Positions 37,281 through 48,977 of a stretch of 64,000 nt of DNA are shown in pieces. Numbering within the stretch: the stretch's first letter is position 1; each line of letters begins with the position of its first letter. The notes beneath the pieces were generated by a model. It searched no databases. It worked only from the letters and a program-made list of their open reading frames with translations, and was not told where the DNA came from. The position numbers and the translations under genes are program-made. Source of the stretch: Dendrobates tinctorius (taxonomy: Eukaryota); contig NW_027361686.1 of assembly GCF_039654945.1 (NCBI RefSeq), positions 17,236,001 to 17,300,000 on the forward strand, written 5' to 3'.

Positions 37281-37599
37281 GTGATCGTATTGACTAGAGA
37301 TGGGCGAACTCCTGGGTCCGGCCGAACAATTACAAAAAAGTTTGGGTACCAGAGCAGTACCCAGACCCGAATTCTGTCCCCATTCACTTGAATGGGGGGC
37401 CTGAACATCCAGTGTTTGCCACGCTGTCCTGTGCATGACAGCACGGCAAACACCGCTTCTGATCGGTGGTGGAAACATCCCCGCCGATCAGAGAGCCACA
37501 CAGTCTACTTCTGAGTGTCCACCTCTTGTTCACTACCTGCCTGTCAGTTTGCTACCTGTTCCATCCCCTGCGACATCTCTTGCTTCCTGCATCATACAC

Positions 37600-37665
37600 G
37601 ATGTATCATCCATTCAGCAGGCCTCCTGATGAACTGAATGGATGGGGAAACGCGTTGAGGCTTCA
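37600..37665 (+). ncRNA. Penelope-type minimal hammerhead ribozyme-like motif (probably degenerate)
   Basis: GCCTC-CTGATGA-N14-GAAAC-GC-GTT-GAGGC: stem I, both core boxes, palindromic stem III and a GUH site are present. Stem II pairs poorly. Confidence 0.55.
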
Positions 37666-40240
37666 CTGACCGTTATGATAAGTCCCCTGATATTCATTAT
37701 GACCCCTTCTATTTTTGGAGCTATCGTGCCTATTTTTTATGTGCATCTGGGTAGATTTGAGCGAATGTTCGGATTCGGGCGCTGAATACAAATTTGCCAT
37801 TTTTGTGCCATATTGCTAACCTATATGCCGAATTTGTTTGATGATGGGTTCCGAACATACTCGGTCATTTCTACTTCCATTGACTCCAATGACGTTTGGT
37901 GAATATTGCAAAAACAATATTCGCCCCTGATCGTAATTGCAACTTTACATCTGGGATCTTTTTATCTGTCATACATTAAACCATCATAGCTTTGCTTTAA
38001 TAGCCTTATCGCACCTGTTTTCCCACCTGTCATTGTTGCTTACAACAGGGCAAGTAGGGAAAAGCAGGGAGATCTGCCGGTGACTAAGGGCGCCACATCT
38101 CGTAACCTAATAGGGTGCCAACCTCAGCTGCCAGGCAGAATCAGCTTAGGTTAATAAAAAAGGACTTCTAGTTATCCAGAGGTGTACGTGTGCACAGAAA
38201 AGCTATAGATTTTTGTGGAGACATACTGCTTTATTAATTGCATGAAATAGGTGACCTGGATCCCCCAACTACTGCATGCCACGTGGTTTCCAGTGATCAT
38301 TCATTGCACCAATGTACAAAATCAGATCTAGAGGCATGGTATGGGGCTATAGGACCACTCTGCATGAGCGCTAACCTCACAGTCCACCAGAGCTGCACTT
38401 TCCATTCCCCACAGTTGCATTTTTCTTATTATTGCTTATATAGCACCACAGCTCTTTACAGACCTCATCATCACTGTCCCCATTGGGACTCACAATCTAA
38501 ATTCCTTATCAGTATGTCTGTGGAGTGTGGGAGGAAATCAGCCCCCGTGCTGCCCATAATGAATGGAGTCTGTTGTATGAGGATACATTTATATTTTGCT
38601 TCATTTGTAGTTTTTTCCCAGTAACATGCTCAATGTGTTGTGTATTTTGTATTAGAAATTGAAAATATTCTTGCAGTTTTTTCAGTTTCTGGCCGCATTG
38701 CAAGCCGTGAACGTTCTTACTACTACACTATGTAGCAAATATTCCTTTATTGAGAGTTACCCATTTACTAAAGTCTGAGGGTCTTTACCTAACACCTTCA
38801 TTCAACGCGGGTGCCGACTGCCTCAAAGGAAAGATCATTAAGTTGACGATATTAAATATTTATTAAATATAAACTAAAGCCACCACCTTTAACTGCTCAG
38901 CCCCCAACTCTCCCTGAATAACCTGAAATGCCCTTTATGAGTCTCCCGTGCCGTACCCTAGTTTGTGCTGTCCGGTGTGATGGCGGTTGCGGCGCAGGCT
39001 TGCACAGGAGCACTTTGCTGTACCGGCACATGTGCATTACTGGATTTGAGCAGCGCAGGTGCGAGATTTTCAGAGCTTTGTGAATGATGTAGGACTTGTC
39101 ATCCACGTTAATCATGGCACATGGCTTTAGGACAAAATTGTAGGTAGAGAGGATGTGCTGGGAAAGGCCAACAACGCCATCAGGTCAGAGTGTGAGAATC
39201 GCAGGTTCTAGGTTTCCTAGGGAAGCAAAAAAAAGTCAAAAATAGTTCAAAAGTGCCAGCCTTGTCCTGTTTTGGCAGATTTGGTATTTGTGTCTGTAAT
39301 TGTAAAATCTTGACAAGACTGAAAATTACTTTGCCAGTTTTACTAGTTTTTCCCTTGGACTATTTTTTTGTTTGTGTTGCCGTTTTCTAGGACACACAAC
39401 CTTCTTATTCTGTCATTTGTGATGTATGAGATCTTGTAAAGTGCCGGAATGATTGTGTTTTTCTTTTTGTAACCTCACCTCCACAAAAAATGCGGTAAGC
39501 TTAAAAAGTTGTATGTGACAATAAAGTTAGCCCTCATACAGGTCAGATGACAGAAAAGTGCACGTGCTATGGGTCCCAGGAAATGGCAGGGCAGGACAAT
39601 GCTTTTTAAGTTGTAAACTTTTAGAACTGGTATAATAAAAAACCCCAAGGCCCAATTCTCCAGGACCACAATGCTCGCACCAGTCTTGATGAGGGGGAGT
39701 GCTGGCGTCAGAGGCACCTGATTCATTTAGAGGTGCACGTCAATTAATGAATCGGGGTCGCCTTAAGAGTGGCGTGTGCCTCGTCACAGACTGGAGGAAG
39801 ATTTTCTGGCGTAAAGTGTGCCACAACCCATCATGAATTAGACAAGTGGGTGTCGCCACACCCCGTCCAGCCTGTGCTGGACATTTTAATTTGGCAGAGA
39901 TGGTTGAAAATCACATGATTGTGTGACCAATTGAAGGTAGACAAAAGTATACTAAGTTCAACCTATAGCATTTTGATCCAGAGAAAGGAAAAAAAAAACA
40001 TGCGGCAGATGCTAATGACCTCATATTAGGGGAAATATTCAGACTAGTTCCCTGGATCAACACTCAATCACAGAATCTAGTGTCCATAATCTGTAATATG
40101 TTTCAAGAAAGGTGTCCATGCCCCACTTGAACTTTTGTAGTGAATTAACAATTACAGCATCATGTAGCGGCTCTTACTGTCAAGAATCTGCGTCTTTTCT
40201 CTAGACGTAAAGCATACCCTATGTCACCATTGCAGGCCTA

Positions 40241-43141
40241 AGGCTGTGGAGTCGGTAAGCCACAGTTGCGACTCCGACTCCTGGATTTTATCCGGCTCCG
40301 ACTCCGACTCCTTCATAAATGGCCAATTCATAACAACAAATTTACTGTTGTAAAATATTAAACATCGTGCTTATTCAGTTTCTCACCATCATATAAGTAA
40401 TCAGACCACTTAGAGCAAAAACTACATTTATTAGAATACAATTAGAATATAGCAAATAACTTTTATAAACTTTTCTAAACTGTAAGTAAATATGCAATAA
40501 ACACTTTTATGCAGTTAATAAGAAGAAATCTATAAATTTGTCCTCAGAAAAAGTATTGCCTCTGTCAGATCCTCCTTCATGGATGCCCTCAAATCTGATC
40601 TAATTATTTTGAGAGCAGAGTCTCTACACTAACTTGTGTTGGTGGCAAAGCAGTAACCACTCGGGCAACATCTCTGACAATGTCAGGATACAGAGGAATC
40701 GCTTGTTGCACTGTTATTTTTGATGAACGGTCAAATTTCTCAATTTCTTTTAGTGCACATGAAAAATTCTGCTGAAATGTACTGGCTGTGTTGCTTGATG
40801 GGGATGACTCTTCTTTTATGCGGGAACGCTTTGCACGGTCCTTGTGATCCAAATATTTTTCGAAATTAAATTCTTCATCAGTTGATGATGAGGGTGAAGA
40901 TGTGGCAGGACGACCAAATTCTTCTTGTTCCTCCTGACTGTTCTGCAACCCTTTCATCCTTACTGCTATTTCAGACAGAGCTTCTTTTCCTTTACTTAGC
41001 TATTGATCATCTAGAAGAATCCGATGCATTGGGTCTACATAAACAGCTGCCAAAAGAATGTTATTTTGTAATAGTAGCTCCTCTCTCCGTTTCATTGATG
41101 TAGCAATGCCACTTGCAATTAACCCTCCTCTTTGGGGCAGGCGAAACATCAGGTTCTTCCACTCCTTTAAGAAAATACCTGGAGTTAAGTCCTCTGCTTG
41201 TAATTTTTTAGTCACTGTAAATGGGTGCTCTAGCAATTTTTCCAGCTCAGTCACCTGATTCCACTGACTTTCATTTAGCGTCAGTTGAGGGTTAGCCATG
41301 TCTACAAGAAAGGTTTTCAGTTCAACCAAGCGCTGAATCATTAAGTAAGTACTGCCCCATCGTGTGGCTTGATCAATAATTGCCCCTTTTCCAGCACGTC
41401 TCTTCAAAATTGAGTCAACTTTAGGGGTTCTGGCAACAGTAGCCAATTTTCTCACCTTGCCAATCAGTGCAGCAGCATGTCCTTCTTGCAGACTGTCTCT
41501 TATAGCCAGCTGTAGCTTATGCACAACACAGCGCATGTGATGAATGAAAGAACATATTGACACAGTTTCAACAAGATCATCTAAACTATCATGTTGCTGT
41601 TCATCTGAAGCAACTTCAGTTTGCTCCTCAGTTACAATACTGTGTTCCTCTATTTCAAACATTTCTGTGTCTGTGGACCCAGAATGTTCTTCTAGCTGCT
41701 GGTCACCATCATTACTCTCATTCATTAGCTTAATAGTACTTATCATATTTGAAGCATTGTCAGTTATGACAGAAAGAACTTGCTCTTTTTTAAGTTCATA
41801 GTCTTGCAGAACCTTTTCCACCAAGACCTGGAGAAACTCACTGGTGTGATGAGCTTTGGTGTCTTTTACTGCCAATGTCTTGGTAACTATTTCATTTTTG
41901 TCACAAACAAATCGGACATTGATGGCAAAATAGTTCACTCTGTGACGTGTGCAGGCATCCATTTTAAGAAACAGAAAGCGTCCCTTGAGAGTTTTTTTTA
42001 AGTTCTTCCTTTTGTTTAAAAGCTTCTTCGATTACTAATTTTCTAATACTCTCTCTCTCCAGAGAAACACCAAGCTTGCGGGCCATTTCCCCATTCAGAC
42101 ACATAAAAGCTGGTCGTGAAAATAATGAAATAGGCACACTATCCTTTACAACAAGCTCTATGATCTGTTTTTTAAATGTATCTACTGTCATTGTCACAGT
42201 AACTTTGTCACTGACAAAATATCTTGCAATTGACGGCTGCAAAGTTCTCTGCTCCTTTGTTTGGCTGGAAGAGCTGGGCACTGGTTCATTGGTTTGGATG
42301 CAGTCTTTCTCATCCACTGCTTTCAGTACTTCTGGATGAAAGCGCTGTAAATGTCTCTTTAGATTAGAAGCTCTGGTAGGAGCATTTTTATCTTTGCCTG
42401 AATATGCACTCATCTTGGCTTCACAGCATTTGTTTTCGTCTGGATCATTTGTCATACACTGACAGACAATGTTTTCTATCTTGAGTGATGGTGAAATGTT
42501 CAAATACAGCTGATTTAATGTGATGCTTCTTTGACATTCTCAGGTTTTTAATTCTGCATTCACAATCCAAATGACAATTGTTTTTCCTAAAAACAATTAT
42601 ACAAAATTATTGCCAGGTCGTACAACTGATATAGTGGTCAGTAATACTGTTATTATTCCTCATGTACTCACAGTTAGCTGATGCAAAGTTTGTTGAAAGG
42701 ATAATACTTCTTACAGTCTTCCTCTTCTGAGTAGCAGGCAGCTGTGAGATGCTTGGAAGACGCACACCTAGTATGATCTAGTTTAGAGGAGGAGCTTTAC
42801 TACTAAGAATTTGCAACACATTTTCACTTTCAGTTTCATACATTGTAAGTAGGGGGGTTGGGGCAGCATGAGGTTAACCAAGTATAAGATTAGATAAGGG
42901 CAGTGGAGAACAGTGACACACAAGAAGTAAGAAATGTCTCTATCTCCAGCAGAACTGCTTATCACTGTTGTTCATAGTTTGATAGAACATATATATTTGA
43001 GTAACATTTATAAAATTCATATGAAAGTTCAATTATGAAATATTAATACATTTTTTTTAAAGCTGGAGTCGGTACATTTCTACCGACTCCGACTCCAACC
43101 AAAACTAACTCCGACTCCACGACTCCGACTCCACAGCCCTG
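40241..43141 (-). mobile_element. hAT-superfamily DNA transposon, near full length
   Basis: Termini AGGCTGTGGAGTCGG and CCGACTCCACAGCCCTG with subterminal (GACTCC)n. Partial TSD CCTAAG; the left end is slightly deleted. Confidence 0.9.
40540..42540 (-). pseudogene. hAT transposase (BED-like N-terminus, DDE core, dimerisation domain) with about 3-4 lesions
   Basis: SNLKRHLQRFH, MDACT, TDNASNM, RCVVHKLQLAI, TRWGSTYLM and PPTQVSVE in ORFs 41964-42503, 41000-41962 and 40604-40957. Confidence 0.9.
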
Positions 43142-44313
43142 CCTAAGAGTACAAAGATCATTAGAAAGGTCTTTGTACTGTCCCCCCCATATATTTGTAC
43201 GTTGTAATAAGATCGCCCCTAAGCTTTCGTTTTACCTTACTGACCCCAAGTTTGATGACTAGTCTTGGTATTGCAACCCAACTCTTTCTGTTGTAAACTG
43301 ATGAATCAAGGCCATACCATACGTACACGGACCCTCAGGAAGAATTTAGCAGGTCCTTTTTACCACTCAGTGAGAGGCATTAATGCGAAATGCCAGCGGT
43401 GGAATTGTGGGAGCCGGCGGGGTTGGGGGTTAGGATTTTTAGAATCCTTATTTAGAATTATAGACCCTTTAAAACACTGCACAATGAGTAAATGGCACCC
43501 CTGAGGAAGTATTGGTGAAATGCACATTGAGTTTCTGGTGGTTTATGTCTCTTGATCTTGGGATGCGTTTATATTAGTTGAGTATACATATAATTACTAC
43601 TAATTATTACATGATATGTTCATTACCTTGCATGTGCATTATTTATAATATACGGTACTATATCCGTTTGGGTCCCCTTGATTACTCGCCCACTATCATA
43701 TGCATTTGTGTCTGTATTTTGGATTCTTTATTTAATATTCTATTATCTAATAAAGTATAGAACTTTTTAAAACTTACAAATGACTGTTTCACGCCTGGCA
43801 TTTTGTGTTTCTTTTTGGATTTATATTTTGTTATTAACGCCTTGTGGGGCACTTTACCTATATAGGGATCTCCTTTGCAGTTTTCTGATTTCTGTCTATC
43901 ACATCCACTCTGCTGGGAATGTAAATGGATGCTTTTTTTGCTCGTGGAAATACGCATCAGAAAAACCACGTCAAATACTCATCATGGGAACATGGTCTAA
44001 GTCAGTAAAGCTGCTGCAGTATTTAGGACACTATGGGTCCCATTCATTAATTTTTTTACACCAAAGTTCTGCTGCAAAACAACTTGCCGTAAGTCACAAT
44101 ATTTCTGCACAACTCTGAAGTTGCACACAAAGTTTGTGACAATTGGTGTTTACACGCCATTCTCAGCCAGCTTGACCAATATGGGGGTAGCATGGGTGGG
44201 ACATGGCTAAACCCGCTCGTAAAGGTCATGAATAGTTCCACCGCTAACGCCACAGATTTACTCCAGTCTGAGATTGGAGTTCATTTCTGGCGATGACGGC
44301 ATACATCAATTTA

Positions 44314-44779
44314 GCCTGTTTCACACTTCAGTTGTTTGACGTCAGTTGAAATCCGCCAAAGTGTGAAAAACAGATCCGTTTCCCCTATGCAACAAACGGA
44401 TGTACCGGATCCGTTTTGTGGACGGATCCGCGAGTGTATCAAATTTAAAGGAACAGCACTCTGGGGAAAAAAGGAAAGCGAGAGAATTTTTTCGCTGCTT
44501 CCAGAACGCCGTTTAGGGTTAAAATGCATGAAAGAGAAAATCTTCCAGGTATGCACAGTTCAAAATAGCGGTCGGCCGCTGGAAAAAAAACGTTACATTG
44601 TCCGTCTACTCCAGCCGGCGGACGCTAAAGTTCAAACGGATTCGTCAAAAAACGGATGCAACGGACAGCCATCAGTCAAAATCCGCCACTAATGCAAGCC
44701 TATGGGGAAAAAAAAACGGATCCGCCAAAAAAATGGCGGGTTTTGACTGACGTCAAACAACTGAAGTGTGAAACAGGCC
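44314..44779. mobile_element. Harbinger-type MITE
   Basis: ~33-bp perfect TIR GCCTGTTTCACACTTCAGTTGTTTGACGTCAGT with TTA/TAA flanks. Confidence 0.88.
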
Positions 44780-44821
44780 TAAGAGAGGCGCCCAATTCAT
44801 TAAGGGAAATGCACATTTTAA

Positions 44822-47800
44822 CTAGATGTGTATTTCCTGAAGGAAGTACAGATAGTGCTTTGAAATGGTGCCCGGGCTGCCCCTTTAAGAGAGAATTGCC
44901 TGCTGCCCCTGCAAGACTTTTAACTCAGGATCCTTTTTAACTGTGGGTGCCTCTCAGGGGCCACTTTGGCCTCATGGTCTGATTTTATGGGTGGGGCCCC
45001 TCAGGATCTGATTCGGTTGCCTGGGCTCCTCAGGGCTTGAATTGGTGGCTGGGGCCCCTCAGGGTCCGATTTTGTGGGTGGGGCCCCTCAGGGTCCGATT
45101 TTGTGGCCGGGGTCCGATTTTGTGACCAGGGCCCCTCGGGGTCCGATTTTGTGGCCGGGGCCACTCTGGGTCCGATTTGGAGGCCAGGGTCGATCAGCCT
45201 CCGATTTGGAAGCCGGGGTGGCTCAGCCTCCGATTTGGAGCCTGGGGTCACTCAGCTTTCGATTTGGCACGCCGGCCCTTTAACCCCTTAACCCCAAGGG
45301 TGGGTTGCACGTTCATGACCGGGCCAATTTTTACAATTCTGACCACTGTCCCTTTATGAGGTAATAACTCTCAAACGCTTCCATGGATCCTGGTGATTCT
45401 AACATTGTTTTCTCGTGACATATTGTATTTCATGGTAGTGGTAAAATTTCAAATAACTTGCGTTTATTTGTGAAAAAAACGGAAATTTGGCGAAAATTTT
45501 TAAAATTTCACAATTTTCCAACTTTGAATTTTTATGCCCTTAAATCACAGAGATACGGCACACAAAAAACTTAATAAGTAAGATTTCCCACATGTTTACT
45601 TTACATCAACACAATTTTGGAACCAAAATTTTTTTTGTTAGGAAGTTATAACGGTTAAAAGTTGACCAGGTATTTCTCATTTTTGCAACACCATTTTATT
45701 TTTACGGACCACATCACATTTGAAGCCACTTTGAGGGGTCTATATGATAAATACCCAAAAGTGACACCATTCTAAAAACTGCACCCCTTAAGGTGCTCAA
45801 AACCACATTCAAGAAGTTTATTAACTCTTCAGGTGCGTCACAGGTTTTTTTTGAATATTTAAAAAAAAAATGAACATTTAACTTTTTTTCACAAAAAAAA
45901 TACTTCAGGTTCAATTTTTTTATTTTACCAAGGGGCAGAGGAGAAATTGGACTCCAAAAGTTATTGTGCAGTTTGTCCTGAGTACGCTGATACCTGATAT
46001 GTGGGGGGGAACCACTGTTTCGGCGCATGGCAGAGCTCAGAAGGGAAGGAGCGTTGTTTGACTTTTTCACTGCAAAATTGGCTGGAATTCAGATCGGACG
46101 CCATGTCACATTTGGAGAGCCCCTGATGTACCTAAACAGTGGAAACCCCCCACAAGTGACCCCATTTTGGAAACTAGACCCCCCAAGGAACTTATCTAGG
46201 TATGTGGTGAGAACTTTGAACCCACAAGGACTTCAAAGAAGTTTATAACGTACAGCCGTACAATTAAAAAATCATATTTTTTCCACAAAAATGATCTTTT
46301 CATCCTCAATTCTTATTTTTCCAATGGTGACAGGACCCTAAAAGTTATTGTGCAATTTGTCCTGAGTACACTGATACCCCACATGTGGGGGTAAACCACT
46401 ATTTGGGTGCATGGCAGAGCTCGGAAGGGAAGCAGCGCCATTTGACGTTTTGGCTGGAATTAAGATCGGACACCATGTCGCGTTTGGAAAGCCCCTGACG
46501 TACCAAAACAGTGAAAACCCCAACAAATAACACCATTTTGGAAACTAGACCCTGCAAGGAACTTATCTAGATGTGTGGTGAGCACTTTGAATCCCCAAGT
46601 GCTTCACAGAAGTTTATAACGCCCGGACGTGAAAATAAAAAAATCATTTTTTTCCACAAAAATGATATTTTTGCCCCCAATTTTTTATTTTCCTAAGGGT
46701 AACAGGAGAAATTGGACCCCAAAAGTTGTTTTGCAATTTGTCCTGAGTAGGCTGATACCCTATATGTGGGGGTAAAACACTGTTTGGGTGCATGGCAGAG
46801 CTTGGAAGGGAAGGAGCACCATTTGACTTTTTCAATGCAGAATTGGCTGGAATTGAGATCCGACGCCATGTTGCATTTGGAGAGCCCCTGATGTGCCCAA
46901 ACAGTGGAAACCCCCCAATTATGACTCCAACCCTAACCCCAACACACCCCTAACCCTAATCTCAGCCCTAGCCCTAATGGGAAAATGGAAATAAATACAT
47001 TTTCTTTTAATTTTATTATTTTTCCCCTAACTAAGGGGGTGATAATGGGGGTTTGATTTTACTATTTATGGCGGTTTTTATTTTTGGCAGCTGTCATACG
47101 CTAAAAGACGCTTTTTATTGTAAAAATAGTTTTTGCATCACCACATATTGAGAGCTATAATTTTTCCATATTTTGACCCACCGAGTCATGTGAGGTCTTA
47201 TTTTTTGTGGAACAAGCTGATGTTTTTATTGGTATCATTTTCGGGCACGTGACATTTTTTGACCGCTTTTTCTTCCGATTTTTGGGACGCAGAATGAACA
47301 AAAACCAGCGTTTCATGAATTTCTTTTGGGGGGTGCATTTACACCGTTCCACCTGCGGTAAAATTGATAAAGCGGTTTTATTCATCGGGTCAGTACGGAT
47401 ACAGCGATACCTCATTTATGTCTTTTTTTTATGTTTTGGCACTTTTATGCAATGAAAACAATTTTATATAAAAAATAATAATTTTTGCATCGCTTTATTC
47501 TGCGAGCTATAACTTTTTTATTTTTTTGCTGATGATGTTGTGTGGCGGCTCGTTTTTTGCGGGACAAGATTACGTTTTCAGCGGTACCATGGTTGTTTAT
47601 ATGCATCTTTTTGATCGCGCGTTATTGCACTTTTTGTTCGGTATGATAATAAATTATTTTTTGCTTCGTTTTTTATTATTTTTTAAGGGGTTCACTAAAG
47701 GGATTAACTAGTGGGACCGTTTTATAGGGCGGATTGTTACGGATGTGGCGATACCAAATATGTGTACTTTTATTGTTTTTTGTTTTTATTTCCTAAAAAT

Positions 47801-48977
47801 GAATTTTAGGGAATATTTTTTTTTTCTATTTAGCGATTTATTTTTTTTAAAATTATTTTTACACTTTTTTTTTTTTTAACTTTATTATTTTGTCCCAGGT
47901 GGGACATCAATGTCCTGTGACAGATCGCTGATCTGTCACATCACAGATCACTGTGACAGATCAGCAATCTGTCACAGGCACTTCACAGGCTTCCTCCTTG
48001 CCTGCGCTTTGCAGGCATGAGGAAGCCAGCTCCCTGCAGGCCCTGAAGGTCCCCGTCGTCATCTTGGATTCGGGGACCTGCAGGGATGGAGCCCCCCGCA
48101 GCAGCGCTGCACATTGCGCTGCTGTGGGGGCTCAGGGAAGCACGGAGGGAGCCCCCTCTCTGCCGATGCTTCCCTTTAACCCCCGATACACCGCGATCGT
48201 GTTTGATCGCGGTGTGCACGGGGTTAACGTGTCGGGGGCGGTCCGTGACCGCCCCTGACACATTGTGCCGGGTGTCAGCTGTGATAATCAGCTGACACCC
48301 GGCCGCGATCAGCGGCGCTCACCAAGTGGGCGCCGCTGATCGCTGTGACGTACTATCCCATCCCTGGGAATTAAGTCCCAGGGCACATGGACGGGATAGG
48401 ACGTCACATGGCTGTAAGGGGTTAAGAATCACTTTGGCGCGTCGGCCCTTTAAAAGCCAGTTTGGCTCACTGGGCTTCGAAATCCACTTTGGCGCACATT
48501 TTCTCTCAGGGGCATGCGTCATGTGATGAAGCTAGATTTGCATTTGTGCTGTGGGTTTCGCTTTAAGAGCAGAAATTATCTGGCAGAAACTGTGTCCTGG
48601 GGGTCATGTGAAGTTCGTAGGCGTTGGCATAGTAACTGGGTGTGCCTGCGCATATCAATGAGCTTAACTGCCATTTGAATCGCCTCAGGGCATGTTTTCC
48701 CTGTGGCAACATTTTCCCATTGAAATGCATTGAGGAAAATGTTTTTTCAAACGTAAATTGCACAAAAACTACAAATCAGATCGACACGAAAATTACTTAG
48801 CACACCACTCGTGGACGCTGGCTTCGAAACGACACCTCAACGGAGTCTGTGCGTGTAGCTGTTGGGGCCGCATTAATTGCGGAAAATCAGCTGAATAATA
48901 ATAATAATAAGAAGCAGCAGAAAAAGAATAAGCAGCGTTCGGATTACAAGATAGTGCTTTCTTCAAAGCACTATAAT
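44822..48977 (-). mobile_element. Helentron/DINE-1-like non-autonomous rolling-circle element (~1 kb without the nested insert)
   Basis: 13-bp subterminal inverted repeats ATAGTGCTTTGAA (44852-44864) and TTCAAAGCACTAT (48962-48974). Palindrome at 48951-48974, (AAT)n microsatellite, internal ~28-bp tandem repeats, and a stem-loop at 44829-44850 next to CTAG. Confidence 0.65.
45284..48421. mobile_element. Non-autonomous piggyBac-like element (3.1 kb) with internal ~350-400-bp duplications
   Basis: TTAA|CCCCTTA...TAAGGGG|TTAA. No transposase ORF. Confidence 0.8.

Larger units (their letters stand above)
39895..43330 (-). mobile_element. Decayed CR1-like LINE 3' fragment that hosts the hAT insertion (39895-40240 and 43142-43330)
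   Basis: Resembles a CR1 3' end on the minus strand (AAGTTCAACCTATAG...TGATCCAGAG). The sequence reads through GGCCTAAG across the hAT. Confidence 0.45.

Noticed and set aside
41000-42503. Domesticated ZBED gene
   Set aside because: It has frameshifts and a stop, and retains TIRs.
44835-44870. CTGAAGGA...GAAA as a hammerhead
   Set aside because: The core spacing is wrong. It is better explained as the Helentron-like stem-loop and subTIR.
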